Position numbers and translations under genes: made by a program. Below the pieces are notes generated by a model. The model saw nothing but the letters and a program-made list of their open reading frames with translations. It searched no databases and was not told the DNA's origin. DNA of 59,853 nucleotides, the filler included. It is 6 parts of 6 records of this genome, joined end to end, with 100 filler letters (N's around TTAATTAATTAA, not from the genome) between each part and the next. Parts side by side here need not be neighbours in the genome. Positions count along the whole stretch, not along the records: positions 1 to 13,180 come from SRR31156797_63527; positions 13,281 to 28,756 come from SRR31156797_63530; 4 more parts are not named here. The stretch is one strand, 5' to 3'. This document shows positions 8,384 to 17,928 of this stretch, piece after piece (position 1 is the stretch's first letter; each line of letters begins with the position of its first letter).

Positions 8384-8604
8384 TTCGCTTCCACGTCGAT
8401 CAAGGCTGCTTCTGTTTTCCTGATAGTCATATAGAAACTACCTAGCTTTAGCTCCATAGGGTCTTTCAGCGGAGCGTTTCGGACAACTGTGACCTCAACA
8501 TCAGGCACAAGTCCCATGTCCATAAATCTCTGCTTAAGTGCACCCTCAGCTTTTACTAGTTTCAACATACAACTGCACCCTGGTTTAACTTCATTTAATG
8601 TCAT
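8380..8604 (-). CDS. feoA: Ferrous iron transport protein FeoA
   Basis: 74 aa; RFMDMGLVP...APLKDP...IRKTEA; stop overlaps the feoB start. Confidence 0.95.
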   Translation of the reverse strand: MTLNEVKPGCSCMLKLVKAEGALKQRFMDMGLVPDVEVTVVRNAPLKDPMELKLGSFYMTIRKTEAALIDVEAK

Positions 8605-8629
8605 AATTCCATCTCTTTTAAAATAATGC

Positions 8630-8676
8630 TGTAATGATATTCATTCTCAATATCATTAAGGTTTATCCCTTGTCAA
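8630..8676 (-). promoter_or_regulatory. Fur box-like palindrome overlapping the feoA promoter
   Basis: TAATGATATT-N7-AATATCATTA inverted repeat (8632-8658), 15/19 to the Fur consensus at 8630-8648; TTGACA on the minus strand at 8676-8671. Confidence 0.75.
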
Positions 8677-8834
8677 GAAGTTTATTCGCATATTGTATAC
8701 AATTCTCCATATTTTGAATTTTATAAATATTCAAATATTACAATATTTTGTATCTGGTAATTTTATATGTATGTAGGAGGCTTGATAATTTCCAACTTAT
8801 GTGGGGATATATATATAAGTGTACAAAAATATGC

Positions 8835-8880
8835 TTGACTTTGAGGTTCTATGTTGATATTGATTCTGATAATCTGTATC
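8835..8880 (+). promoter_or_regulatory. Promoter with overlapping Fur box-like sites for the ABC operon
   Basis: TTGACT at 8835; GATATTGATTCTGATAATC (8856-8874, 14/19) and GATTCTGATAATCTGTATC (8862-8880, 15/19) offset by 6 bp. Confidence 0.6.
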
Positions 8881-8909
8881 AATAGTTTTGTTTTTTAATT
8901 GGTGGTTAA

Positions 8910-9794
8910 ATGGAATATCATATTGAAGTGAATGATCTGTACCACAAGTATGGTAATAGGGTTATTTACGAAAATCTTAACTTCAAAGTACCTAAAGGGA
9001 AAGTTTTCGGTCTGCTCGGTAAAAACGGAGTGGGGAAAACCACTCTGATCAAAATCCTCATGGGTTTTTTGCGTCCTGCTGGTGGCTCATGCCGCATTAT
9101 GGGGGACGATTCCCATAATTTATCTCCCGCTACGAGGAGGAGGGTTGGATTGCTTTTTGAGGGGCACTTGTCGTATGAATTTATGACTATTGAAAGTATA
9201 GAAAAATTCTTTGCACCTTTTTATCCGAAATGGAAGAAAGAGCTCTATTACGGACTTACAGATAAACTTAAACTTCCGAAAACCCATAAAATTGGAAATA
9301 TGTCCGAGGGTCAGAGGTCGCAGGTTGTCCTCGGGCTTATCATGGCTCAACAGCCGGAAGTTATGATCCTCGACGACTACACAATGGGGCTCGATGCCGG
9401 ATACCGGTCTCTGTTTCTCGATTATCTGAAGGAATATTTAAAGGACGGTGATATCACTGTTCTTGTTACTTCTCATATAGTTCAGGATTTAGAGGAATTT
9501 GTTGATGATGTCGTATTTCTTGAGAGGGGAGGGCTAGCCACCCAGACAAAGCTCGACGAATTCCTGCAGAATTTCAGGCAGTATTCCATTCCCAGAGGTT
9601 GCGCTTTAAAGGCTGAGAAGGGCGGCATAATAAAGAATATAGAGGATTCAGGTGATAAAAGGCTCGTTTATTCTTTCTCCGGTTTACACGAAATGCGAGA
9701 TTATTTATCAGATTTTGGTGTTGATAGTAATTATGTAACAGAAATCCCGATGAGTTTTGAAGAAGCTTTTATCGGCTTCACAGGCAGGTATTAA
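8910..9794 (+). CDS. ABC transporter ATP-binding protein
   Basis: Walker A GKNGVGKT; signature-like MSEGQ; Walker B ILDD; switch TSH. Confidence 0.92.
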   Translation: MEYHIEVNDLYHKYGNRVIYENLNFKVPKGKVFGLLGKNGVGKTTLIKILMGFLRPAGGSCRIMGDDSHNLSPATRRRVGLLFEGHLSYEFMTIESIEKFFAPFYPKWKKELYYGLTDKLKLPKTHKIGNMSEGQRSQVVLGLIMAQQPEVMILDDYTMGLDAGYRSLFLDYLKEYLKDGDITVLVTSHIVQDLEEFVDDVVFLERGGLATQTKLDEFLQNFRQYSIPRGCALKAEKGGIIKNIEDSGDKRLVYSFSGLHEMRDYLSDFGVDSNYVTEIPMSFEEAFIGFTGRY

Positions 9795-9796
9795 TT

Positions 9797-10465
9797 ATGC
9801 TGATATCAATACTTTTTAAAGAAGTTATGAAGCTAAGGATATTTTGGTTTGCAGCTTTGTTTTTCAACCTGAGCATTGTTATTTATTTATATATTTCAAT
9901 GACTAAGCTGTTTCGTATGGATCATCCGGAGATAGTCTGGTACTACGCGCTTCACCTTGGTGAGATGTTTTTTATAGATTTCAAATATGTGCCTCTTTTC
10001 ACGGGGATATTCTTTGCGGCGTCACAGTTTCTGCCGGAGATGCGTAACCAGAGGTTTAGGATATCTTTGCATCTCCCGATTAAGTCACACATGGTTGTTT
10101 TCGGGCACCTTTTTGTCGGCGGCTGTGCAATCTTATCAATCTTCTTCTTAGATATTATAGGTTTATATACTATGACAGCTCAGGTTTTCCCGTATGAATA
10201 TGTCACAAGGGTGATAGTCACCGTGCTCCCGTGGTGCATGGGCGGAATTGCGGCATATTTGGGCACAACACTTGTCATGCTTGAGCCCGCATGGAAAGTT
10301 CGTTTTATTAATTTCATCATCTCTGCGGGGCTGATGTCGCTATTTTTTACGCCTGCTGATTCCGGGGCTTACGCTTATATGTTTCCAACTCTCGGTTTGG
10401 TTTTACTATTTTTTACAATCACATTGCTGATTCCTGCTCACAGGTTCAGATACAGGAGGGTGTGA
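9797..10465 (+). CDS. ABC-2 type membrane subunit
   Basis: About six hydrophobic helices; QFLPEMRNQRFRISLHLP motif; coupled to the ATPase gene. Confidence 0.8.
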   Translation: MLISILFKEVMKLRIFWFAALFFNLSIVIYLYISMTKLFRMDHPEIVWYYALHLGEMFFIDFKYVPLFTGIFFAASQFLPEMRNQRFRISLHLPIKSHMVVFGHLFVGGCAILSIFFLDIIGLYTMTAQVFPYEYVTRVIVTVLPWCMGGIAAYLGTTLVMLEPAWKVRFINFIISAGLMSLFFTPADSGAYAYMFPTLGLVLLFFTITLLIPAHRFRYRRV

Positions 10466-10466
10466 G

Positions 10467-11738
10467 ATGATTATGGTAGCGAGATACGCTCTTATTCTCC
10501 TTGCTGTGATGATCATGGCTGTTTTTATACCTATGCTTTCAGATATGGCATTCGGCGAAAGACCTATGAAGACTCAGCTCTTTTACAGCCCTGTGAAAGA
10601 GGACTTCGTCTGGCGTGACAAGATGCCTGAGGGGATGGATACCAACCCACAGAAGAAACATCACGTTCAGTTTCTCATTACAGATAAAAATGGTGATAAG
10701 TATACAAGGCAGAGCTTTGAAAAACTGCTTCCGTTCATCTATTACAAGAATATGGAGCTCTGGGGGCTGTTGCCTTTAGAGCTTAAAGGGCGCACGTTTG
10801 ATAAGGCTGCAATAAAGGAGAGCCGTCAGGTTGTGGAGCTTAAGCCGGAAAACCTACCAAAAAATACTACCGGTGACGATATCTACCCTTTGATAGAGTC
10901 AGTTCCAGACGGAGTGCGGCTTGTCCTTCCTGATGATAGATTCAGGATAAATGACAGGATAGAATTTCTGAACGCTGATACTAACTCAGTGGATGAAGAG
11001 CTTTCTGGTAAGTTTACCGATGCGCTTCTCAGTGCAGGATTTATTTTCCCGGGTGAGTTTATAGGCGGTAAATCAAGCATACTTAAACCGTTTGACGAGG
11101 GAGTTTTCTTAAAGGATAAAAGTGGTGCTGTCTTTCACCTGAAGAGAGTGAGAGGTAATCCGCTTGTTGTTAATACCGGAGTAACCCCAGACGGCGGGGT
11201 GAGGTTTATTAAGGTTTCAGAAAACAAGCGAAAGGAATTTTACGGGGTGCTGCTTAGCAATGTCGGTAACCTGTACCTGCTTGGATATAAAGACTATAAT
11301 CTTATCCCGCTGTCTTTAAAAGGGTATGATCCTGATACGATGGATTTCAAAATGATATTTAACCCTTTGTATCGGACGGCAACATACTCAGATAATGACG
11401 TTATCAGAGCTGTAGTGATGGATGAGGGATATCAGGAGATTGACTATATGGAGCATGTGATGCCGGGAACTCAGCCTACTGAAATGCAGAAGGTTGTTAG
11501 CTCTATGCTCCCTTACAGGGTAGTGCTTAAGAGTGAAAACAGCGATTTTCTCAAGCTTAATTTCACTGATTTCGGCATGTCATCTCTGATATCAGCTCTT
11601 TTATGCATAGCTGTTTATATCGGTTTTGCACTTAGGAGAAAGGAGAGCTCAAAGTTTGTTCTCGCAGATGCCGGGCTAATACTTTTCACAGGAGTATACG
11701 GATTAGCGGCGGTTTTTCTGATACCATACGAAAAATAA
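10467..11738 (+). CDS. DUF4857-like membrane-anchored protein with a large extracytoplasmic domain
   Basis: N-terminal TM, YSPV...F and FEKLLPFIYY motifs, KPFDEG, two C-terminal TMs. Confidence 0.7.
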   Translation: MIMVARYALILLAVMIMAVFIPMLSDMAFGERPMKTQLFYSPVKEDFVWRDKMPEGMDTNPQKKHHVQFLITDKNGDKYTRQSFEKLLPFIYYKNMELWGLLPLELKGRTFDKAAIKESRQVVELKPENLPKNTTGDDIYPLIESVPDGVRLVLPDDRFRINDRIEFLNADTNSVDEELSGKFTDALLSAGFIFPGEFIGGKSSILKPFDEGVFLKDKSGAVFHLKRVRGNPLVVNTGVTPDGGVRFIKVSENKRKEFYGVLLSNVGNLYLLGYKDYNLIPLSLKGYDPDTMDFKMIFNPLYRTATYSDNDVIRAVVMDEGYQEIDYMEHVMPGTQPTEMQKVVSSMLPYRVVLKSENSDFLKLNFTDFGMSSLISALLCIAVYIGFALRRKESSKFVLADAGLILFTGVYGLAAVFLIPYEK

Positions 11739-11932
11739 TTCCATAACTTTTTACACTTGCCCCCACGGTGTACAGAGAGCTTGGAAACTTAGATATCTCT
11801 TGTAGTATTAACTTAAATGTTATGATACTTCTAAACATATGTGCATAATTTGACAGAGAATTAATATAAACTTGCCATTTTAAGAAAAATTATTGTTTAT
11901 CCTTATCAATATTATTATTGTGAGGTATAACT

Positions 11933-13180
11933 ATGCGCATTGTTAAAAGGTTGACAACATTCGCAGGTATGGCAGCAATCACACTTGCTGTCGCTGCCTG
12001 TAGCACTGCTACTACAGCTACAAAGCCAGACAGTACGTCTGCTCAGGTCATGAAAAAAACTCTCGAATTTTCATCAGTAAAAGCTCCGGAAACAGATGCT
12101 GAAAAGCGTGCTATTTTCGCTTCGAGCACTGCTAAAATCAACGGTAAAGAGTTCAAAATCGGCTACAACACTATCCTTAGAAGTGGCGAGAGCCCTATGG
12201 GTGATCCTAAAAACGGAACTTTCGGTCTTATGTTTGACAAAGACGGAAATGTAATCATGAATGAAGACGGCTCAAAGTTCATCTCTGTGAGCAACGACTT
12301 CGCTTCAATCCTTACGGGTAAAGACGGCAATCTTTACATGGTTTCTCATTTTGAGAACTCACCTGCTGCGATCTACATCACTGCTCTTGAGCAGGATGCT
12401 CAAACAGGAAAGCTTACTGCTGTTAAAACACGTAACATAGACTACTCCAACGTTAAAGGCGGCTGGGTACACTGTGCGGGCAGTGTTACACCTTGGGGAA
12501 CACACCTCGGTTCAGAGGAGTACGAGCCGGACGCTAGAAAAGTTGATTCTGATACAGGTCACTTCAACGATAACTACAAATTTGCTCAGGCAAAATACTT
12601 CGGTCTTAACTCTAAAGATAAAACTTCCGGTGCATTCGATGAAATGAATGTTTACGATTACGGCTGGCAGATAGAAATTTCTGTTGATAACTTCAAAAAA
12701 GTCAACACTGTAAAGCACTACACAATGGGACGTGTTGCACACGAGCTCGCTTATGTAATGCCTAATAAAAAGACTGCTTACATCTCTGACGATGGAACAA
12801 ACGTTGGTCTCTTCCGTTTCGAGGCTGATAAAGCTGGAGACCTTAGCTCAGGTACACTTTATGTAGCTAAATGGAACCAGACAAGAGCTGCAGGCGGCGG
12901 TCAGGCTGATCTCGGCTGGATAAGCCTCGGTCACGCAACAGACGCTGACATAAAGCACTACATCGATAAGAAAATCACTTTTGACGATATCTTTGAATCT
13001 GTTGAGCCGGAAGGTAATATGTGCCGCTACAGCAGCTTCACAATGATCAACACAACAACGGGTAAAGAGTGCCTTAAGCTTAAACCGGGAATGGCTAAAG
13101 CCGCTTCCAGACTTGAGACACGCCGTTACGCTGCTATGATGGGCGGTACGACAGAGTTCAGAAAGATGGAAGGTATCACA
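11933..13180 (+). CDS. phoX: PhoX (DUF839) alkaline phosphatase, lipoprotein, 3'-truncated
   Basis: Lipobox AVAAC; HCAGSVTPWGTHLGSEEY, MGRVAHE, AYISDDG and KMEG motifs. Confidence 0.85.
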
Positions 13181-13280
13181 NNNNNNNNNNNNNNNNNNNN
13201 NNNNNNNNNNNNNNNNNNNNNNNNTTAATTAATTAANNNNNNNNNNNNNNNNNNNNNNNNNNNNNNNNNNNNNNNNNNNN
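13181..13280. other. Artificial contig linker
   Basis: 44 N + TTAATTAATTAA (stops in all six frames) + 44 N; base composition changes abruptly across it. Confidence 0.99.
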
Positions 13281-14006
13281 ATCCTGCTCACCGACGACCG
13301 CGAAGTCTATGAGCGCGCGCTGCTCTACAGTCACTACGCGCGGCATGGTGAAATCACCTCGTCAGATCTGAAGCGGTTTGCGGGAATTCCCTGCGGGGGA
13401 TTCAAACACCGCATGCACCAGGTCAGTGCCGCCTTTGGGCTCGTCCAGTTGGAGCTGTTCCCGCAACAGATGGCCGAGATCGACAAAGCGATGAATCATT
13501 TTTGCGACCTGCTCGATGACGTCCCCGGGATCAAGCCGATCCGACCCGAGCCCTCCAGCAACACGACCAAAGGTGGCTGGTACTATCCGCATTTCCATTA
13601 CGCCCGCGAGGAGTTGGGCGGGCTGTCGCTTTCGCGGTTCGCCGAGGCGGTGCGGGCAGAGGGCTCGGTCTGCAACCCAGGCTGCAACAAGCCACTGCAC
13701 CATCATCCGCTATTCACCGAGATGGATGTCTACGGACATGGCCGGCCCACGCGCACTGCCCATCTCGATCCAGACGCGCGCGTCGAATCCTATGTCCAGT
13801 CGCTCCCTGTTGCCGAGGGGATTATGCAGCGCGTGTTTGAAGTGCCATGGTTCAAACACAACCGGCATGAGATCATCGCCCAGCATGCCAACGCGTACAA
13901 GAAAGTCGTGGCCGGGCACGAAGCGCTGCTGGCCGACGACCCGGGCGACCCGACGGACGTTGGCGGCTACAGCAGTTTCTTCACCGACCGCAGGGACAAG
14001 AAATAG
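13281..14006 (+). CDS. DegT/DnrJ/EryC1/StrS family PLP aminotransferase, 5'-truncated
   Basis: Open frame from the contig edge: ILLTDDREVYERA...GFKHRMHQVSAAFGLVQL...FAEAVRAEG...PLHHHPLF. Confidence 0.8.
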   Translation: MLLTDDREVYERALLYSHYARHGEITSSDLKRFAGIPCGGFKHRMHQVSAAFGLVQLELFPQQMAEIDKAMNHFCDLLDDVPGIKPIRPEPSSNTTKGGWYYPHFHYAREELGGLSLSRFAEAVRAEGSVCNPGCNKPLHHHPLFTEMDVYGHGRPTRTAHLDPDARVESYVQSLPVAEGIMQRVFEVPWFKHNRHEIIAQHANAYKKVVAGHEALLADDPGDPTDVGGYSSFFTDRRDKK

Positions 14007-14010
14007 AGCC

Positions 14011-16461
14011 CTAGTAGGACGAGGCCATTTCCGGCGGCGTGTACCACAGTGAGCGCCAGTACTCGCGGTCGGTGCGATAGCCGTCGATCGCTGCTACGTC
14101 CGCGATGTCGAGCGGCAGGACGCCATAACGTTTCATCTCGCGCACGTAGGGAGCCGGCGGCACGAAGCCCGGCATGTCGAAGCGCTTGATTTCTGTGAGA
14201 TGCACTTGGCCGGCGCGGCACATCGCGAGGATCTTCTGATAGTCTGGATCTTCCTTGTTGGTAAAAACCTCACCTTCACACGTCCCGTACCCACCGGCCT
14301 CGGTGGCCAGCGGCGCCAGCAGCACCAGTGATTTCTCGGGCCGTGTCAGATTAAACACGAGATGGCGACTCAACCGCAGGCGGGGATCGTCCGGCGCCGG
14401 TCTCCAGAACGACACCTCGCGCTCGTCGGAGAGGTTCCGCGGCAATATCGTATCGCCCGCATGACAGCCCGCGCAGCGCCGCGCGATTGCCTCGGAGGCC
14501 AGTTTCGTCTCGGGCCATTCCCAATCGGTATTGACCTGGCGGTTCTCGTAGTAGCCGCCGATCATGCCATTGCCCAGTGCGGCGTAGGTCCCAGGATAGG
14601 GGGCGCCCGATTCGATCCAGAAGCGGATCATCTTGATCTCATGCGGCGAAAGCTTTACGTCGTGATGGTCGCCCGCGATTTTCTTCATCAGCGGACTGGC
14701 GACGGCCCCGATGGAGCGGGGAGCCAGATTGCTCTTCGGGTCGTTGCGCCCGTCGACGAATTCCTTGCGATACGTCAGGGTGTAATAGCTGTGACTGAAC
14801 ATCGGGCCGTGGTCACCGGCCAGGACCACACCGCCTTTGCGTTTGTCATAGTCGTGACATTCGACGCAGTGCTTGTCCAGGATGGGTTGAATGTCGCGGG
14901 GGAAATCGAACACGTCGGGGATCTCGGCTATCGGCATGACCTCGCTGGGGTCGCGCTCCAACGCGAGCAGATTGCCCGTGGTGCGGCTGGCCGGCGTGTT
15001 GGTCCGCTGTTCGTGGCAGCCTACGCAACTGGTCGTCTCTCCAGGCATCACCGTCAGGAAGCTCTGCATTCGCTTGACCGAGTCGTCGTTCTCGTCCAGC
15101 GCCACGAAGAAGAAACTACGCAGGGCCGGCAGTTCCATGTAGGCCGATCCATCGGGCTCGACCGGGACCGTGCCGACCACGCGCTCCAGCGTGAACGTTC
15201 CGCCGAAACTGATCGGGTCCATGCCGCCGGTATAGTGGATGGGCATCGGCAGGCTCTCCAGCACGAGCAGCTTCTTGATATCGCCCGGTTCGATGCCCTC
15301 CATGCGGCGCCCGCTGTAGATGTCGCTTAAGACGAGTCGGCCGGTGGTCTCGCGCGGTGCGGTTCGTGGTGGGATAATCCTCTCTGTCGGTCTGGGCCGG
15401 AGCGGTCGCGGCTCATGGAGTGTCACTTCCCCCCGGGCCAGTTCCGCCGGTAAGCGGTAGATCGGCCAGGACTGGCCTTGCACGCTCATCAGGATGAGGC
15501 GGTCTTTCTGCGCGGCCAGGATGTAGTCCTTGGACAACGGATACGGATCGCGAAAATCGTCGGTCTTACCGATCTGACGGGCAGCCGCCGGCTCGTCCGG
15601 GCCCAGCTTCGGACTGACAATCGTCACGGCGCCGACATGCTCGCGCCGGCCATGCCCGGGCGAGAAGATCGCTACAATGTCCTTCGTGCCGGGGATGGGC
15701 TTGGCATCGATCATGAGTATTCCGGGATGCATGTTCCCGTAGAACACCATTTGCCCCGTCCCGTCGGGATTCATCGTCCAGAGGTGGTGATAGTGCACCT
15801 GACTGCGGTCGATGTATTCCCAACGTTGATAGAGAATGCGCCCATCGGGCAGAGGCCACGGCGTGTTTTCATGCTCGTTGTTGCTGGAGAGCGGGCGCAG
15901 GTTGCCTCCATCCGCGTCGCACCGGTACAGCACCGCGACCTGGGTCAGCCAGCAGTTGACCCAGCGATTGCACCGGTCCGAACAGAATACGATCCCGCCG
16001 TCCGGCAAGTAGGCCGGTTCGATATCGTTGTGTGGCCCGTCGGTTAGTTGCCGCAGCCCGGTGCCGTCGGTGTTGATTTCGTACAGATGGAAATATTCGG
16101 TTCCACTCTTGCGGTAGGAGAAGACAATCTTGCGTCCATTGTAGTGGACCTGAGGGTCCCGCACGGTGCCTTCCGGCGCGTCGATCATCACGGTGACGGC
16201 GCCGGTGCGCACGTTGAGTTTGCAGAGCTGCCCGCGAGCCCGGTAGGCCTTCCGCGCCACACCTTCAGCGTAGTAGCCAAAATTGGCGTACCAATGCCCG
16301 TCCAGCCCTTCCTGTCGGCAGGCGAAGACGATCTCTTCGGTCTCGCCCATGGCTTCGAGCAGGACTTGCCCCGCCTGTCGCGCCGACGCGGTGCTGAGCA
16401 TCAGGGTGCAGATCAGGATGAGATACCTATACTTCACACGGACAGACGGGACGCGTTTCAC
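14011..16461 (-). CDS. Secreted beta-propeller/multiheme protein related to hydrazine synthase alpha subunit (HzsA-like family)
   Basis: Signal peptide; WD40/TolB-like repeats (LYEINTDGTGLRQLT, LPDGRILYQRWEY); GTVPVEPDGSA; three CxxCH (CVGCH, CVECH, CAGCH). Confidence 0.8.
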   Translation of the reverse strand: MKRVPSVRVKYRYLILICTLMLSTASARQAGQVLLEAMGETEEIVFACRQEGLDGHWYANFGYYAEGVARKAYRARGQLCKLNVRTGAVTVMIDAPEGTVRDPQVHYNGRKIVFSYRKSGTEYFHLYEINTDGTGLRQLTDGPHNDIEPAYLPDGGIVFCSDRCNRWVNCWLTQVAVLYRCDADGGNLRPLSSNNEHENTPWPLPDGRILYQRWEYIDRSQVHYHHLWTMNPDGTGQMVFYGNMHPGILMIDAKPIPGTKDIVAIFSPGHGRREHVGAVTIVSPKLGPDEPAAARQIGKTDDFRDPYPLSKDYILAAQKDRLILMSVQGQSWPIYRLPAELARGEVTLHEPRPLRPRPTERIIPPRTAPRETTGRLVLSDIYSGRRMEGIEPGDIKKLLVLESLPMPIHYTGGMDPISFGGTFTLERVVGTVPVEPDGSAYMELPALRSFFFVALDENDDSVKRMQSFLTVMPGETTSCVGCHEQRTNTPASRTTGNLLALERDPSEVMPIAEIPDVFDFPRDIQPILDKHCVECHDYDKRKGGVVLAGDHGPMFSHSYYTLTYRKEFVDGRNDPKSNLAPRSIGAVASPLMKKIAGDHHDVKLSPHEIKMIRFWIESGAPYPGTYAALGNGMIGGYYENRQVNTDWEWPETKLASEAIARRCAGCHAGDTILPRNLSDEREVSFWRPAPDDPRLRLSRHLVFNLTRPEKSLVLLAPLATEAGGYGTCEGEVFTNKEDPDYQKILAMCRAGQVHLTEIKRFDMPGFVPPAPYVREMKRYGVLPLDIADVAAIDGYRTDREYWRSLWYTPPEMASSY

Positions 16462-16492
16462 TGTTCTTGCTCCTCCTGGAGGCTCGATCCGG

Positions 16493-17449
16493 TCAGTTCG
16501 GCAAGACGCGATTCAGTCGCGCCAGGACATCGGCCAGTCGGGTACGATCGCCACCGCCCACTTCGGCGGTACACCATCCGGTGAAGCCGATCTCATCGAG
16601 CGCCAGGCGCACCGCCGGCCAGTCGATGGTTCCCTCGCCGATGGGTGACCACTTGTTCCCATCCCGGCTGAAGCCTTTCACATCCACCTTGACGATGCGC
16701 TTGCCCAGCGTTCGGATCCAGTCCTGGGGCCGGCCGTACTTGTGATGGTTGCCGATGTCGTAATAGGCGCCCACCCACGGACTGTTGCAGGCGTCGATGA
16801 AGGCGGCGTAGCGCTCGGCGCTCTGTTCGGGTTGGCCGTCGTGGTCGTAGAACATGTGATTCCACACGTTTTCGATCAGGATGTTGATCCCGAGCTTGGC
16901 GGCCGTGGGCAGCGCCTGCTGAATCACGTCGAGCGAGCGGCGGACAATCACGTCTTCAGGGCCGTCTTTGCCATGGCCGGGGACAAAGAGTGCTGAGGAG
17001 CCGCCACAATAGTGTGATTCTTTGATGGCGGTGAGCAGGTCGCCGAGGCACTCCTTGCGTTTGTTCGGGTCCGCCTCGGTCGCGCGCACGCTCCAGTGGC
17101 GCGAATCGACGACGCCGTGAATGGGCATGCCTGTTTGTTGACTGGCCTCCAGGCACTGCTTCTTGTCTTGTCCGCCCGGCGAGTCCAGTTCCACTCCGTC
17201 GTACCCAAGGTCTTGGACGAGCTTGAACTTATCCAGGATAGACATGTTGCCCTTGATCATACCGAACTTGAGCGATTTGAAGATGGGTTTTCGCTCGGGG
17301 CGTCCCGACCCGACCGCCCCGGCCACGACGGGCCTGTCGCGCAACGCTACGGTGCCCAGTGTGACCCCGACTGCTGCTGTCTGAAAAAGCATCCTGCGGC
17401 GTGTGATTCGAGACGGATCTGTTGATAGACCGTTCTGTCGCTGGGCCAT
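16493..17449 (-). CDS. Sugar phosphate isomerase/epimerase (xylose isomerase-like TIM barrel) with a Tat signal
   Basis: ATG at 17449 after GGAGG; ITRRRMLF twin-arginine motif; GYDGVEL, IENVWN, YDIGNH, DVKG and TAEV. Confidence 0.85.
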   Translation of the reverse strand: MAQRQNGLSTDPSRITRRRMLFQTAAVGVTLGTVALRDRPVVAGAVGSGRPERKPIFKSLKFGMIKGNMSILDKFKLVQDLGYDGVELDSPGGQDKKQCLEASQQTGMPIHGVVDSRHWSVRATEADPNKRKECLGDLLTAIKESHYCGGSSALFVPGHGKDGPEDVIVRRSLDVIQQALPTAAKLGINILIENVWNHMFYDHDGQPEQSAERYAAFIDACNSPWVGAYYDIGNHHKYGRPQDWIRTLGKRIVKVDVKGFSRDGNKWSPIGEGTIDWPAVRLALDEIGFTGWCTAEVGGGDRTRLADVLARLNRVLPN

Positions 17450-17813
17450 GATCGAGCCTCCACAAAAAAGCGTTGCGTTTGCGTTGCGCTGCCCGGATGG
17501 CCCGGAGCGCACACGCCCCATTCTACGAATATTGCCGGTGGATTTCCAGAGTCAGTTCACCACCGGCATCGTACCGCGTTGGGCGCAAGTTCGCTTCCCG
17601 GCGGCTCGCTCCGCTACCTGCGCACCCATCCGGAAATACCCCTCCCCTCTTGCGGGACATCCATAATAGGACCTTCGCGTTTGTTCTCCCGGGGCCCGAG
17701 CGAGATTTCCCCTGTTACCGGTGGCCTCCACAGGTGCGTTGTTAAGGCATCCGGGCCTCGTCTGGCACCGCGGTGCCGGATGGGTCCGCATCCGGCAGGC
17801 CATCCACTGGTCC

Positions 17814-17841
17814 TAATCTCCAGGGCCGGAAGTGTCGATAA
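17814..17841 (+). promoter_or_regulatory. sigma28 (FliA/WhiG)-like promoter upstream of the CBS gene
   Basis: TAAT-N16-GTCGATAA compared with consensus TAAA-N15-GCCGATAA. Confidence 0.4.
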
Positions 17842-17928
17842 CCCGAGGATGATATGGACTATGAGGGAGAGTTGGCGAGTGACAAGTAAGGCCATGGCAT
17901 TAAGAGCCAACTATTGAGGACCGAGTTC

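Noticed and set aside
14011-16461. Hydrazine synthase / anammox capacity
   Set aside because: No hzsB, hzsC or other anammox genes are adjacent; this domain family is widespread in non-anammox bacteria.
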